Below are positions 37,397-47,849 of a stretch of 58,262 nucleotides of DNA, in pieces (position 1 is the first letter of the stretch; each line of letters opens with the position of its first letter). The translations under genes were made by a program, and so were the position numbers. Source of the stretch: Omnitrophica bacterium GWA2_41_15 (GTDB lineage Bacteria > Omnitrophota > Gorgyraeia > Gygaellales > Profunditerraquicolaceae); the NCBI GenBank assembly GCA_919901915.1, contig CAKKQB010000013.1, positions 1 through 58,262 on the forward strand, given 5' to 3'. Below the pieces are notes generated by a model. The model searched no databases and was not told where the DNA came from. It saw nothing but the letters and a program-made list of their open reading frames with translations.

Positions 37397-37841
37397 TTAT
37401 TACCTCCCGCATAATTTTATCTGTTATCTGCCTTTGCCAGGTAGCGCCAAAAGATTGAAAATCCTCCATTTGATGAATTGCTTCTAATTTAAGAGATAAA
37501 AATTTATCGTTATCTTCTATATATACCGGTATTCCCGAAATTATTGCATTATAATAAAGCATCGGATGCGAAAAATCTTTGTCTAAAGAAATAATATCCA
37601 CTTCCTGATTTAGCTCTTTAAATAAAGCATAGCTTATTTCTGTAAGTAAAAAATGAATTTTATCTAAAGGGCCTACTGTATCATAAAAACGTATTGCTAA
37701 GTCAATATCAGAATCACCGCGCGGATAACCCGATGCCCATGAACCATAAAGAAAAACCATTTCTATACAGTAACCCGCCGCCCTCTGCTTAAAAAAACCG
37801 TCTAAATGTCCAATAATCTTATCCGCTGTTAAATTTTTCAT
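37383..37841 (-). CDS. mntA: MntA-like minimal nucleotidyltransferase antitoxin
   Basis: 152 aa. GSWASGYPRGDSDIDL matches the GS-x-G-x-SDxD motif. Confidence 0.85.
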   Translation of the reverse strand: MKNLTADKIIGHLDGFFKQRAAGYCIEMVFLYGSWASGYPRGDSDIDLAIRFYDTVGPLDKIHFLLTEISYALFKELNQEVDIISLDKDFSHPMLYYNAIISGIPVYIEDNDKFLSLKLEAIHQMEDFQSFGATWQRQITDKIMREVINGRI

Positions 37842-37860
37842 CCGCTTACCGTACTACTTA

Positions 37861-38065
37861 TTATTTTATTTCACTGCCTCCCCATTCTACAACTGTAAAA
37901 CCACTCCTAGTAAATAGTTTAATTTCCTGCTGAGCAATTTTAATATTTTCTTCAAGGGGTTTAAAAACCATAAATAGGCGCAGTATTGAATCCGGCTTAG
38001 GTGTAATGCCTAAAACCGCGGCCTTTTCGTATTGCTCCCCGGCAAAATGAATAAGATTAGGGGCA
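37861..38065 (-). pseudogene. start-less open frame, possible C-terminal gene remnant (...RSGFTVVEWGGSEIK*)
   Basis: The frame is open from 38127 down to the stop at 37861, with no start codon except a late Met. Its upstream part runs through a 63-bp mini-MITE (38066-38128). Confidence 0.25.
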
Positions 38066-38128
38066 TTCGTATTTAAGGTTAAAAAATATCCATAACTCTT
38101 TAATAAGCAACCGGATAACGAAAGAACC
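38066..38128. mobile_element. 63-bp mini-MITE or degenerate paired ends of the GGTTCTTTCGT family
   Basis: Left end ggggcattcgtatttaag (compare ggtcctttcgtatttaag at 29176). Right end ggataacgaaagaacc. Confidence 0.4.
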
Positions 38129-38165
38129 TAAGATTATACTTATTTTTTACATTATAGCGCCCTCT

Positions 38166-38265
38166 GTCATTCAGGCTATATCGCAATCCCTATTGTGTCA
38201 TTGCAAGGGCTGATTGGGGAATACCTGTTTTAACACCTAAGATTTCTCCCTTCGGTCGAAATGAC
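38166..38265. repeat. family B palindromic element (100 bp)
   Basis: gtcattcaggctatatcgcaatccctattgtgtcattgcaagggctgatt...cggtcgaaatgac. Confidence 0.65.
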
Positions 38266-38297
38266 AGTCTTTAAACTATTTCCCACTTCCGTCTTTT

Positions 38298-38771
38298 TTA
38301 ATAGGACACTGCCACTCTTCCTGTCCTGACTAACTCTTTTATTCCAAACTGTTTTAAATCTTCTAACAAATTCTTAATCTCTTCCTGCTCCCCAGCCATC
38401 TCAATAATTGCCGTGTCTTCTTTGTGCTGTGTTAACTTAGCCGCGTATTTACTTAAGACGCTTTCTAATTTAACTTTATCTTTAAGAGAATAATCAATTT
38501 TAATTAGAATAAGCTCTCTATCCACATGCTCTTTTTTAGTAAAATCGGTAATCGTAATAACATCTATAAGTTTATTTAATTGTTTTTTGATCTGCTCCAA
38601 TATCTTCTCATCCCCTGTTTCAACTACCATAGTTGTATAGGAAATAGTGGGATCTAAAGTCTCAGAAACAGCCAAAGAAGTAATATTATAACCCCGCGCG
38701 CTAAACAGACCCGCGATGCGCGCCAAAACCCCGGGTTTATTTTCCACTAAAACTGATAATATATGTCTCAT
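38298..38771 (-). CDS. ilvN: acetolactate synthase small (regulatory) subunit
   Basis: ACT domain N-terminus MRHILSVLVENKPGVLARI. Start placed at 38771, which has an AAGGAGAG RBS. Confidence 0.9.
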   Translation of the reverse strand: MRHILSVLVENKPGVLARIAGLFSARGYNITSLAVSETLDPTISYTTMVVETGDEKILEQIKKQLNKLIDVITITDFTKKEHVDRELILIKIDYSLKDKVKLESVLSKYAAKLTQHKEDTAIIEMAGEQEEIKNLLEDLKQFGIKELVRTGRVAVSY

Positions 38772-38827
38772 TCGCCGCTTCTCTCCTTTTAGCACTGATT
38801 TTCACAGATATCCGTGTTTATCCGTGC

Positions 38828-40492
38828 TCAAGCCATACCCCCAATCATCCTATCAATCGCTTCTCCCGCGGGAACCATCGGAAACACATTTTCCTCCGAC
38901 TCAATATGAAAATCAATAAATACAGTATTATCTATTTCTAACGCCTTCTCAATCGCGGGACGCACCTCTTCTTTTTTAATAACCCGGATACCCGCCGCGC
39001 CATAACTTTCTGCCAACTTCACAAAATCAGGATTATACAAAGTAGTATAAGAGTAGCGCCTTTTATAAAATAATTCCTGCCACTGCCTCACCATTCCCAG
39101 ATAGCCATTATTCAATATAATAACCTTCACGTTTATTTTGTTAGCCACGCAAGTAGCTAATTCCTGTATATTCATCTGAATAGAACCGTCCCCCGCGATA
39201 TCAAAAACCTGTTTATCAGGATAAGCCATTTTAACGCCCATTGCCGCGGGAAAACCAAAACCCATCGTACCTAAGCCCCCGGAAGAAATAAAGGTTCTGG
39301 GGCTGGAGCACTTATTCCATTGCGCCGCCCACATCTGATTTTGCCCTACTTCAGTTGTAATAATAGCTTCTCCGCGGGCCGCTTCGTAAATCTGCTCAAT
39401 CACATATTGCGGCGCGATTTTAGCCCTATTCACATAAACCAAAGGATATTTTTCCTTTAACGCTTCCACTTCCTCTAACCACTCGTAAGTTTCGGGTATT
39501 TTTTTAATTTCTTCGATTAACTTTCCTAAGATATTTTTAGCATCGCCCACAATCGGAACATCTACCTTTACGTTTTTACTGATTGAAGCCGGGTCTATAT
39601 CAATATGGATAATTTTGGCATGCGGAGCAAACGCATCCAGCCGCCCGGTAACCCGATCGTCAAAACGCGCCCCTATCGCGATGATTAAATCCGATTGCAT
39701 TATACTATGATTCGCGTATGCTGTGCCATGCATGCCCAGCATACCCAAAGAAAGTTTATGAACCGCGGGAAAGCCGCCTATTCCCATAAGCGTCCAGGTA
39801 ACTGGCGCGGAGATTTTTTCCGCTAAGGTCTTTAATTCAACGTTCGCGCCAGAAGCAATAATTCCGCCACCCGCGTAAATAATGGGTTTCTTGGATTGAG
39901 CAATCAGCTTAGCGGCTTTTTTAATCTGCCCCGGATGGCCAAAATAAGTGGGTTTATAACTGCGTATTTCTACTTTTTCAGGCCAAATAAATTCAGTATC
40001 CGCGAGTTGCACATCAACCGGAAGATCTATTAATACCGGGCCAGGCCTGCCTGTTGAAGCAATGTAGAACGCCTCCGCCACAATTCCAGCTAAATTCTTT
40101 ACATCTTTTACTAAATAATTATGTTTAGTTATCGATCGAGTAATACCAGTAACATCTGCTTCCTGAAAAGCATCATTTCCAATTAGCGCGGTTTTTACCT
40201 GACCGGTAATTGCCACCATAGGAATGGAATCCATATAGGCAGTAGCAATACCAGTAACTAAATTGGTTGCCCCTGGTCCTGAAGTGGCAATACAAACGCC
40301 AACCTTTCCAGTCGCGCGGGCGTATCCATCCGCCGCATGTGCCGCTGCCTGTTCATGCCGTGTAAGAATAAACTTTATATCCGCGTCGTAAAGTTTATCA
40401 AACAAAGGTAGCACTACCCCGCCGGGATAGCCAAATATCACATCTACCCCTTCACGCTTTAAACACTCAATTAAAATTTGCGCGCCAGTCAT
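38828..40492 (-). CDS. ilvB: acetolactate synthase large (catalytic) subunit
   Basis: 554 aa. TPP enzyme with GDGS...NN motif and typical AHAS N-terminus. Confidence 0.95.
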   Translation of the reverse strand: MTGAQILIECLKREGVDVIFGYPGGVVLPLFDKLYDADIKFILTRHEQAAAHAADGYARATGKVGVCIATSGPGATNLVTGIATAYMDSIPMVAITGQVKTALIGNDAFQEADVTGITRSITKHNYLVKDVKNLAGIVAEAFYIASTGRPGPVLIDLPVDVQLADTEFIWPEKVEIRSYKPTYFGHPGQIKKAAKLIAQSKKPIIYAGGGIIASGANVELKTLAEKISAPVTWTLMGIGGFPAVHKLSLGMLGMHGTAYANHSIMQSDLIIAIGARFDDRVTGRLDAFAPHAKIIHIDIDPASISKNVKVDVPIVGDAKNILGKLIEEIKKIPETYEWLEEVEALKEKYPLVYVNRAKIAPQYVIEQIYEAARGEAIITTEVGQNQMWAAQWNKCSSPRTFISSGGLGTMGFGFPAAMGVKMAYPDKQVFDIAGDGSIQMNIQELATCVANKINVKVIILNNGYLGMVRQWQELFYKRRYSYTTLYNPDFVKLAESYGAAGIRVIKKEEVRPAIEKALEIDNTVFIDFHIESEENVFPMVPAGEAIDRMIGGMA

Positions 40493-40508
40493 TTTTCGTC
40501 GTCCGTCG

Positions 40509-40555
40509 TTCGTGAAGCGTCGTTCGCACTACGCACGACGCTTCACGCTTCACGA
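40509..40555. repeat. heptamer-word hairpin (cgtgaag words)
   Basis: tcgtgaagcgtcgttcg, loop, cgcacgacgcttcacgcttcacga. The stop codon of the ilvD-tail remnant lies in the right arm. Confidence 0.7.
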
Positions 40556-40617
40556 TAATACCGCTCCTTTATCCGCGGAAACTCCTGTCAATTTTCTTCC
40601 CTGCCCACCTATCACCT

Positions 40618-40833
40618 CTATATTAACTTTCCAAGTTCTTCTAAGCTAATCCCTGCTTTGACTATAATGTTATGTAAGGTACCCTTCTTTAATTCCTTAT
40701 GAAAAGGAACAACTACAGAAATATTTTTCTCTATATTGTGCATAAAAATATGGCTTCCTCTCTGATGATCAACAATAAAACCTATTCTCCGTAGAGCCCT
40801 GACTACATCTTTTCCAGAAAAAACCCTCTTCAT
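40618..40833 (-). CDS. hicA: HicA-family mRNA interferase toxin
   Basis: 71 aa. YcfA/HicA pattern ...GSH......VPFH.ELKKGTL..I. 4-nt overlap with hicB. Confidence 0.85.
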   Translation of the reverse strand: MKRVFSGKDVVRALRRIGFIVDHQRGSHIFMHNIEKNISVVVPFHKELKKGTLHNIIVKAGISLEELGKLI

Positions 40834-41045
40834 AATGAAACTCCAACTTCTCTTAATATCATTCCTGGTTTAGCCTTAATCTGATTAAGCTTTTCAAGCC
40901 CCTCCAAATAACAAAGAATTGCCTCCTGAGCATTTACTAAAGCTTCTTCTTCTGTTTCGCCTTGAGTAAAGCAACCATCTAGCGCCGGGACACTTATATT
41001 AAAACCACCTTCTTCTGCTTTCTCTAACACCACATAAAATTTCAT
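40830..41045 (-). CDS. hicB: HicB-family antitoxin (UPF0150 N-domain only)
   Basis: 71 aa. ...EGGF...[19 protein letters not shown] pattern. No obvious DNA-binding C-domain. Confidence 0.8.
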   Translation of the reverse strand: MKFYVVLEKAEEGGFNISVPALDGCFTQGETEEEALVNAQEAILCYLEGLEKLNQIKAKPGMILREVGVSL

Positions 41046-41105
41046 TTTCCCTTCCTTTCGTTAAATAGCCAATTCTAAAATTATTTTATTTTTAACCATC
41101 TTTGC

Positions 41106-42758
41106 CTACGCTAACACCGCCCCTTTATCCGCGGAACTCACTAATTTAGAATACCTGGCCAAATAACCTGTTTTAATCTTTGGCGGAATAGCCTTCCAAC
41201 CCTTAAACCTTTTTTCTATTTCTGCTTTTTCTAATTCTACTTCAATTTTACAATTAAGTATATCAATATTTATTATATCGCCGTCTTTTAAAATCGCGAT
41301 TAATCCGCCCGCCGCGGCCTCAGGTGAAATATGGCCGATACACGGGCCTTTTGTTCCGCCGGAAAATCTTCCGTCAGTAATCAAGGCAACAGAATCAGCC
41401 AGGCCCATCCCCACAATCGCGGAAGTTGGCGCGAGCATCTCACGCATACCCGGGCCGCCTGAAGGGCCTTCATAACGGATAACTATACAATCGCCTTTTT
41501 TAATTTCCTTATTTAAAATTGCGGCCATTGCCTCTTCTTCGCGGTTAAATACGCGCGCCTTACCTGTAAACTTCATCATCTTCTGGCTTACCGCGGCCTG
41601 CTTTACCACAGCTCCATTTGGCGCGAGATTTCCATATAAAACAGCGATACCGCCTTGTTTATGATACGCGCGGCTAAACGGCCTGATTACTTCCTCGTCA
41701 GAAATTTCCGCCTCATCAGCAATATCAAATATCTTCCTGCCGCTTACTGTTTCCACATTATTTAATTTGGTTTTTAACCGCTTTAACACCGCGGGAATTC
41801 CGCCGGCATATTCTAAATCTTCCATAAAATGTATGCCCGCGGGCTCTATATTTGTAATATGCGCCGTAGTCTTACTTATTTTATCAAATGTTTTAAGATC
41901 TAAATTTATCTTCGCTTCATTCGCGATCGCCATTAAATGTAAAACCGTATTGCTTGAACCCCCTAAAGCCATATCCACGACAATCGCGTTTTCTAAGGAT
42001 TCCTTATTGATAATATCTAAGGGCTTAATATCTTTCTTAACTAATTCCACGATCCGCTCGCCCGAGCCTTGGGCAATCCGGCGTTTTTTGGCGGAAACCG
42101 CCAGAGCAGTTCCACAGCCAGGCAAAGACATACCCATAGCCTCAGTTAAACAAGCCATGGTATTAGCGGTATACAAACCCTGGCAGGAACCCGCTCCGGG
42201 ACAAGCCTCAAGCTCTAGACAAGACAGTTCTTCTTGAGTAATCTCGCCTTTTTTTGCCCTTGCCAACGCTTCGTAAGTATCGTGAACAAAAGCAAGTTTT
42301 CTTTTATTGTAGCGGCCGGAAAACATAGGCCCGGCAGTAACAATAATTGCCGGAATATTTAGGCGCGCCACCCCCATCAACATTCCCGGAGTAATCTTAT
42401 CACAATTAGTCAAACAAACAATACCGTCTAATTGATGGGCATTACAAACTGTCTCAATTGTATCAGCAATAATTTCTCTTGAGGCCAATGGATAGCACAT
42501 TCCCAGATGCCCCATAGCAAGGCCATCGCAGATTCCCGGTACTCCAAAGAAAAAAGGCGCGCCCCCGCCATAACAAATTCCGCGTTCAATAAAACGCTCT
42601 AAATCACGCATACCGATATGCCCGGGAATCAAATCCGTAAAAGAAGTAGCCACGCCAATAAATGGCCTCTCCAAATCTTTTCTGCTCAAACCCGTTGCGT
42701 GCAAAAGCGCGCGATGCGGAACTCGCTCCAAACCTTTCTTAATCGTATCCGAACGCAT
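41106..42758 (-). CDS. ilvD: dihydroxy-acid dehydratase
   Basis: 550 aa. CDK..PG and GPGMREM motifs. Confidence 0.95.
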   Translation of the reverse strand: MRSDTIKKGLERVPHRALLHATGLSRKDLERPFIGVATSFTDLIPGHIGMRDLERFIERGICYGGGAPFFFGVPGICDGLAMGHLGMCYPLASREIIADTIETVCNAHQLDGIVCLTNCDKITPGMLMGVARLNIPAIIVTAGPMFSGRYNKRKLAFVHDTYEALARAKKGEITQEELSCLELEACPGAGSCQGLYTANTMACLTEAMGMSLPGCGTALAVSAKKRRIAQGSGERIVELVKKDIKPLDIINKESLENAIVVDMALGGSSNTVLHLMAIANEAKINLDLKTFDKISKTTAHITNIEPAGIHFMEDLEYAGGIPAVLKRLKTKLNNVETVSGRKIFDIADEAEISDEEVIRPFSRAYHKQGGIAVLYGNLAPNGAVVKQAAVSQKMMKFTGKARVFNREEEAMAAILNKEIKKGDCIVIRYEGPSGGPGMREMLAPTSAIVGMGLADSVALITDGRFSGGTKGPCIGHISPEAAAGGLIAILKDGDIINIDILNCKIEVELEKAEIEKRFKGWKAIPPKIKTGYLARYSKLVSSADKGAVLA

Positions 42759-42794
42759 TATTTTCTCCTTTGCTGCAATTTATCCCTGCCTACA

Positions 42795-44120
42795 CTAATC
42801 CGCCCCTTCGCCGTCATGCGTCACTGCTTCTCTCTCCTGGCGCCTGCGAGTTATCACCCGCTTTAAAGGCGTATATTTATCCACTAAATCTTTATTGTTT
42901 ACCGCGTTTAACTGCTTAAAAAGAAATTCAAATTTCTGTTCTACCTCAAAGGCAATTGCATCCCTTATTTCCTGGGGCAGGCCCATAATCTCTTTTTTAA
43001 ACGGGCCTAATGCCTTCTTGCGAACGCTATAAAAAAACTGCTCATCAGTTTGGCCTTCTTTGCGCTCATTCGCGGCATTAACCTTAAGCCAATCGTAAAT
43101 CTTTTTCTTTAATTCAGCAGGAAAATGCTTGCTGTCATAAATCATATTTTGAAATTCTGTCGCCAGATGCACTTCCGCGGTTTCAGTTTCCGGAAATTTA
43201 TGAAAAGCTTCACCCGGCAAAGTGGAAGCGCCATGCTGCACCGCGCCAGCTAAACCGAACTCATCCCGGGCGAGCTTAGAAATTATCTTTAAAGTATCAA
43301 AATCCAGCTTTACCTGAGCTATACTTCCGTCAGGCAGGACTACCCCGCCATGAGAAGTACCGGTTTGAATACTAATCTTACTGATTCCAACAAGGCCTTT
43401 ACGCAAAACGCCTTTAAAACCCTCCATAAAAGCGCGCAAATCTTCACAAGTAGAATTCTTATGACCGACCTCGCCGATTTCTCCGCCTACGGAAACCATT
43501 ATCCCGCGCGGCTGAATCTGGCGGATAAAATGAGTAAGTTTCGCGCAAACCGTATAATTATGAAACTGCTGTTTTTTTAAATCGTTTTCTGCTAAATCTA
43601 CGACAGTAGAAGAATCAATATCAATATTGTAAAAACCGTTGGCCACTGTTTCAGAAATCAATGCCTTTAACCCAGAAATTTCTTTTTCAGGGTCTTCACC
43701 ATATTTCTTGGCGTTGACTTGAAAATGATCACCCTGAATAAATACCGGCCCAGCATAATCTTCTTTAATAGCCGCGGCTAAAATAACCGCCGAATACTCG
43801 ACAGGCGGCTGGGCGGTATAACCCATTTCAGATTTAGCAATCTCAAAAATAAATGCTCCGGAATTATTCCTTTTGGCTGCCCTAAACATAGCCTTAGACA
43901 AATCATAAGTCAGGCAGCGCAGGTTAAAAGCCGGAATTGTCCAGCCGCTGAACTCTTCCTTACCCCTTGCCATATAAAGGTCATGGATACTAGCAAGATA
44001 AATCCCCTTTTTATAGGCCAAGTCAGTTATCTTTTTTGCTAATTCTTTTTTTAAATCCAAATCATCACTTAAAACTAAATCCATAGCGAACTTGTCAATA
44101 TCAAGCGGTTTTCTTCCCAT
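42795..44120 (-). CDS. fba: class II fructose-bisphosphate aldolase family protein (long form)
   Basis: 441 aa. QGDH and TGTSHGG zinc/active-site motifs. Adjacent to pfkA. Confidence 0.8.
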   Translation of the reverse strand: MGRKPLDIDKFAMDLVLSDDLDLKKELAKKITDLAYKKGIYLASIHDLYMARGKEEFSGWTIPAFNLRCLTYDLSKAMFRAAKRNNSGAFIFEIAKSEMGYTAQPPVEYSAVILAAAIKEDYAGPVFIQGDHFQVNAKKYGEDPEKEISGLKALISETVANGFYNIDIDSSTVVDLAENDLKKQQFHNYTVCAKLTHFIRQIQPRGIMVSVGGEIGEVGHKNSTCEDLRAFMEGFKGVLRKGLVGISKISIQTGTSHGGVVLPDGSIAQVKLDFDTLKIISKLARDEFGLAGAVQHGASTLPGEAFHKFPETETAEVHLATEFQNMIYDSKHFPAELKKKIYDWLKVNAANERKEGQTDEQFFYSVRKKALGPFKKEIMGLPQEIRDAIAFEVEQKFEFLFKQLNAVNNKDLVDKYTPLKRVITRRRQEREAVTHDGEGAD

Positions 44121-44157
44121 TTTTTCCTCCTAATTGTAATACAGATCGTGCGTAAAT

Positions 44158-44185
44158 GTAGAGACGCAAAATTTTGCGTCTCTAC
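44158..44185. terminator. 28-nt perfect palindrome gtagagacgcaaaattttgcgtctctac between pfkA and fba
   Basis: The two 14-nt arms are perfectly complementary. No strong U-tract follows on the minus strand, so this may be an intercistronic hairpin rather than a terminator. Confidence 0.4.
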
Positions 44186-44208
44186 TGACCCATTCTTTTG
44201 CTATTATT

Positions 44209-45168
44209 CTACGTTAATATCTTTACTAAATTATACATCCTATCCACATCCAACTCTTTTTTCTGAATAGCAATCTGGAAATCTATCTCAATTATTTTAC
44301 CATTGCTCATACCCATGACTTTATTAGTCGTGCCGCTTAAAAGACAATCCACAGCTGCCTGCCCTAAGGTTACAGCCAAAATCCTGCTAAAAGCAGTAGG
44401 CCGGCCCCCTCTTTGAATATGGCCCAAGACCACAGCCCGCGTCTCTAATGTAGTCATCTGAGTAATATCCTTAGCGATATCCGGGGCGTGTCCCGCTCCT
44501 TCAGCTACTATAATTATCCAGCTGACCTTACCCCTTAAATTTCCATTAACAATACTGTGACATACTCTTTCTAGATCTAATTTTCTTTCCGGAATAATTA
44601 CATCTTCGCATCCGCAAGCTAACGCGACTTTTAACGCGATAAACCCGGATTCCCTACCCATTACCTCAACCACAAATACCCTCTCCATACTGGTCGCTGT
44701 ATCGCGAATATTATCAATAGCGCCAAGCGCGGTATTTATAGCGGTATCCGAACCAATGGTTGTGTCTATCCCATTAATATCATTATCAATAGAAGCGGCA
44801 ATGCCAACGCAAGGAACTTTATATTTCTTACAAAATAAGTCCGCGGCAGTGAAACTGCCATTGCCGCCAATAACAACCAAAGCGTCAATATTGTGTTTTT
44901 TTATTGTATTGTATGCCCTGTCCTGGCCTTCATCAGTATAAAATTCAGAACAGCGCATTGTCTTTAAAATTGTTCCGCCTTGATTAATAATTCCTGAAAC
45001 AGAACGATGATTAAATAATTTTAGTTCCTCATTAATCAAACCCCACCAGCCGCGAAATACCCCCATCACCTCTAAACCCTTATTAGTACCATAACGCACA
45101 ACACTGCGTATAGCAGGATTCATTCCCGGCGCGTCGCCGCCAGCAGTCAAAACTGCGATTCTTTTCAT
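44209..45168 (-). CDS. pfkA: ATP-dependent 6-phosphofructokinase
   Basis: 319 aa. GGDAPGMN, GGDGS and PKTIDND-like (ASIDND) motifs. Confidence 0.9.
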   Translation of the reverse strand: MKRIAVLTAGGDAPGMNPAIRSVVRYGTNKGLEVMGVFRGWWGLINEELKLFNHRSVSGIINQGGTILKTMRCSEFYTDEGQDRAYNTIKKHNIDALVVIGGNGSFTAADLFCKKYKVPCVGIAASIDNDINGIDTTIGSDTAINTALGAIDNIRDTATSMERVFVVEVMGRESGFIALKVALACGCEDVIIPERKLDLERVCHSIVNGNLRGKVSWIIIVAEGAGHAPDIAKDITQMTTLETRAVVLGHIQRGGRPTAFSRILAVTLGQAAVDCLLSGTTNKVMGMSNGKIIEIDFQIAIQKKELDVDRMYNLVKILT

Positions 45169-45254
45169 ACTTCCTCCATCCCCACTTTCCCGATTTCCGC
45201 CGAAGGCGGATCAACCTACGGCTGAAGGCTGAAAACAGTTTCCTGATTTTCATA

Positions 45255-46511
45255 TCAAGTGCCCATTTCCCAACTGGAAAGATACTTTTTTTGTTCTGGC
45301 GTCAAAGTGTCTATTTTTATCCCCATTGATTTTAATTTAAGATCCGCGATACTTTCGTCTATATCTTGAGGAACTTTGTAAACCTGCTTTTCTAATTTTT
45401 TATAATTCTTGGCGATATATTCCGCGCAAAGCGCTTGGTTGGCAAAAGACATATCCATTACTGATGCCGGATGTCCTTCAGCAGCCGCCAAATTAATCAA
45501 CCGGCCTTCGCCTAATAGATAAATTTTGCGATTGTTCGACAAAATATATTCCACGGTATAATCGCGAATAACCTTCTTAGACTTAGCTAATTTTTCCAAC
45601 CCGGGGATCTCGATTTCAGCGTTAAAATGCCCGGAATTACAAATGATCGCGCCGTTTTTCATTAAAACAAAATGTTCTCTCCGGATTACATTCACATCGC
45701 CGGTAACTGTAACAAAAATATCTCCAATCTTGGCCGCTTCTTTAATAGTCATAACCCTATAACCATCCATTACCGCCTCAAGACCTTTAAGCGCTGACAC
45801 TTCAGTAACAATAACATTAGCGCCCATTCCCTGCGCGCGCATGGCTAAGCCTCTCCCACACCAACCATAACCGCAAACTACAAAAACCGAACCCGCCAAC
45901 AATTTATTTGTAGCCCGGACAATTCCGTCAATAGTGGATTGCCCTGTTCCGTAACGGTTATCAAACATATGCTTAGTCAAAGCGTCATTAACCGCGACAA
46001 TCGGATAACGCAATTTTCCTTCACCTGCCAAAGCCTTTAATCTGATGACTCCAGTAGTTGTCTCTTCAGTTCCTCCTATAATATTACTATGCGCTCTGGC
46101 CGAAACACGATGTATAGCGCTTACCAAATCCGCCCCGTCATCCATAGTAATGTTTGGCTGAAATGAAAGCGCGGAAACTATATGTTTATAATAAGTCTTA
46201 GTGTCTTCCCCCTTAATCGCAAATACCGGGATCTTTAAATTCTTAGCCAAAGACGCCGCCACATCATCTTGGGTGGACAAAGGATTTGAAGCGCATACCA
46301 CGACTTGAGCTCCTCCAACTTTAAGCACTTCCATTAGTACTCCGGTCTCAGTAGTTACGTGCAAACACGCGGCAATATCCAAACCTTTTAAAGGTTTTTC
46401 CTGTTCAAAGCGCTTAGCCACCGATTCTAAAACCGGCATATTATTACGCGCCCACTCAATGCGCAACGCGCCTTTCTTAGCTAAATTAATATCTTTAATA
46501 TCAAAATTCAT
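45255..46511 (-). CDS. ahcY: adenosylhomocysteinase
   Basis: 418 aa. NAD motif GYGWCGRG and the typical AhcY N-terminus. Confidence 0.95.
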   Translation of the reverse strand: MNFDIKDINLAKKGALRIEWARNNMPVLESVAKRFEQEKPLKGLDIAACLHVTTETGVLMEVLKVGGAQVVVCASNPLSTQDDVAASLAKNLKIPVFAIKGEDTKTYYKHIVSALSFQPNITMDDGADLVSAIHRVSARAHSNIIGGTEETTTGVIRLKALAGEGKLRYPIVAVNDALTKHMFDNRYGTGQSTIDGIVRATNKLLAGSVFVVCGYGWCGRGLAMRAQGMGANVIVTEVSALKGLEAVMDGYRVMTIKEAAKIGDIFVTVTGDVNVIRREHFVLMKNGAIICNSGHFNAEIEIPGLEKLAKSKKVIRDYTVEYILSNNRKIYLLGEGRLINLAAAEGHPASVMDMSFANQALCAEYIAKNYKKLEKQVYKVPQDIDESIADLKLKSMGIKIDTLTPEQKKYLSSWEMGT

Positions 46512-46526
46512 AAAAACTCCTTTTTA

Positions 46527-46571
46527 GTATTTAGCGGATAGTTTTTCTATCCGCTATCCGCTCTACGCTAT
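46527..46571. repeat. heptamer-word hairpin
   Basis: agtatttagcggatag-ttttt-ctatccgctatccgctctacgctat. Confidence 0.7.
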
Positions 46572-46572
46572 C

Positions 46573-47742
46573 TTATAATCTCCCCGCCTGCTTCTTCAAC
46601 ACCGCCGCTTTATCCGTTGACTCCCAGCTAAACTCTGGTTCGGTTCTTCCAAAATGACCGTAACAGGCAGTTTTTTTGTATATTGGGCGTAAAAGATCCA
46701 AAGATTTAATCATCCCCCGGGGAGTCAAATCAAAATTTTCTCTGATGAGTTTTATAAATTGAGCTTCTGAAAGCTTTCCTGCCCCAAAGGTATCTACCAT
46801 TATAGACAATGGTTCTGCCCGGCCAATAACATAAGCCAAATGCAAAAGGCACTTTTCTGCTAACCCCGCTGCCACAATATTTTTCGCGACGTAACGCGCC
46901 ATATAAGCGGCTGAACGGTCAACTTTCGTCGGATCTTTACCTGAAAAGGCGCCTCCACCGGGAGCCGCTACTCCGCCATAAGTATCCACAACAATTTTTC
47001 TTCCGGTCATACCTGTATCAGATTGCGGGCCGCCGATGACAAACTTACCTGTCTCATTAACATAATATTTTGTATCTTTATCAACATATTCCTTTAATAT
47101 AGGATCAGCAATTACATCAATAAGTTCCTGACGGGCTTTTTTGGTAATCCTTTCTTTAGAAGCATCTAATATTTCTTCCGTATGCTGGCAAGCCAAAACG
47201 CAAGAGTCCACTCTCTTTATATGGCCATCATGATATTCCACAGTTACTTGAGATTTACAATCAGGGCCTAAATATTTCAATATACCCTGTCTGCGGACAT
47301 CTGCCATGCGCCTGACTAATTTATGAGAAAGCATTATGGGCAAAGGCATTAATTCCTCGGTTTCACGGCAGGCATATCCAACCATAAAGCCCTGATCGCC
47401 CGCGCCACCGGTATCCACTCCTTGGGCGATATCCGCGGATTGGTTATGTATAGTATTTATTACCGCGCAGGTATGATAATCAAAGCCGTATTTTGGATGC
47501 GTGTATCCTATCTCCTTCAACACACTACGGGTAAGATTATGTACATCAACAAAGCCGGATGTAGTAATTTCTCCGCCCACAATCAAAAGCCCCATCGTAA
47601 CATACGTTTCACAGGCAACCCTGCCATAAGGATCTTGCCTTAACACATCATCGAGCACTGCGTCTGAAATCTGATCACAGACCTTATCCGGATGGCCTTC
47701 TCCTACTGATTCCGAAGTAAAAAAATGTTTACGCGCTGGCAT
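46573..47742 (-). CDS. metK: S-adenosylmethionine synthase
   Basis: 389 aa. GEGHPDK, GAGDQG and GGGAFSGKD motifs. Confidence 0.95.
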   Translation of the reverse strand: MPARKHFFTSESVGEGHPDKVCDQISDAVLDDVLRQDPYGRVACETYVTMGLLIVGGEITTSGFVDVHNLTRSVLKEIGYTHPKYGFDYHTCAVINTIHNQSADIAQGVDTGGAGDQGFMVGYACRETEELMPLPIMLSHKLVRRMADVRRQGILKYLGPDCKSQVTVEYHDGHIKRVDSCVLACQHTEEILDASKERITKKARQELIDVIADPILKEYVDKDTKYYVNETGKFVIGGPQSDTGMTGRKIVVDTYGGVAAPGGGAFSGKDPTKVDRSAAYMARYVAKNIVAAGLAEKCLLHLAYVIGRAEPLSIMVDTFGAGKLSEAQFIKLIRENFDLTPRGMIKSLDLLRPIYKKTACYGHFGRTEPEFSWESTDKAAVLKKQAGRL

Positions 47743-47756
47743 TACTTTCTCCTCTC

Positions 47757-47849
47757 ATTAGTGGTTAGTGGCTAGTGATTAGTGGCTAGTGATTAGTGGC
47801 TAGTGGTTAGTGGTTAGTGGCCCACTAGCCACTATTCACTAATCACTAC
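47757..47849. repeat. heptamer-word hairpin (tagtggt/tagtggc/tagtgat x9 against ccactag/tcactaa words)
   Basis: 64-nt left array at 47757-47820, and complementary words at 47822-47849. The right arm encodes the last 3 residues of the upstream gene. Confidence 0.75.

Noticed and set aside
41767-42237. Long antisense ORFs inside real genes (41767-42237 in ilvD, 14630-15049 in purB, 51071-51508 in yvcK, 3035-3454, 49820-50158 and others)
   Set aside because: These are shadow ORFs on the strand opposite well-supported conserved genes. They have low-complexity composition and no independent support.
47743-47838. SAM riboswitch upstream of metK
   Set aside because: The leader is entirely the tagtgg-word hairpin. 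No SAM-I, SAM-II or other conserved core was recognisable.
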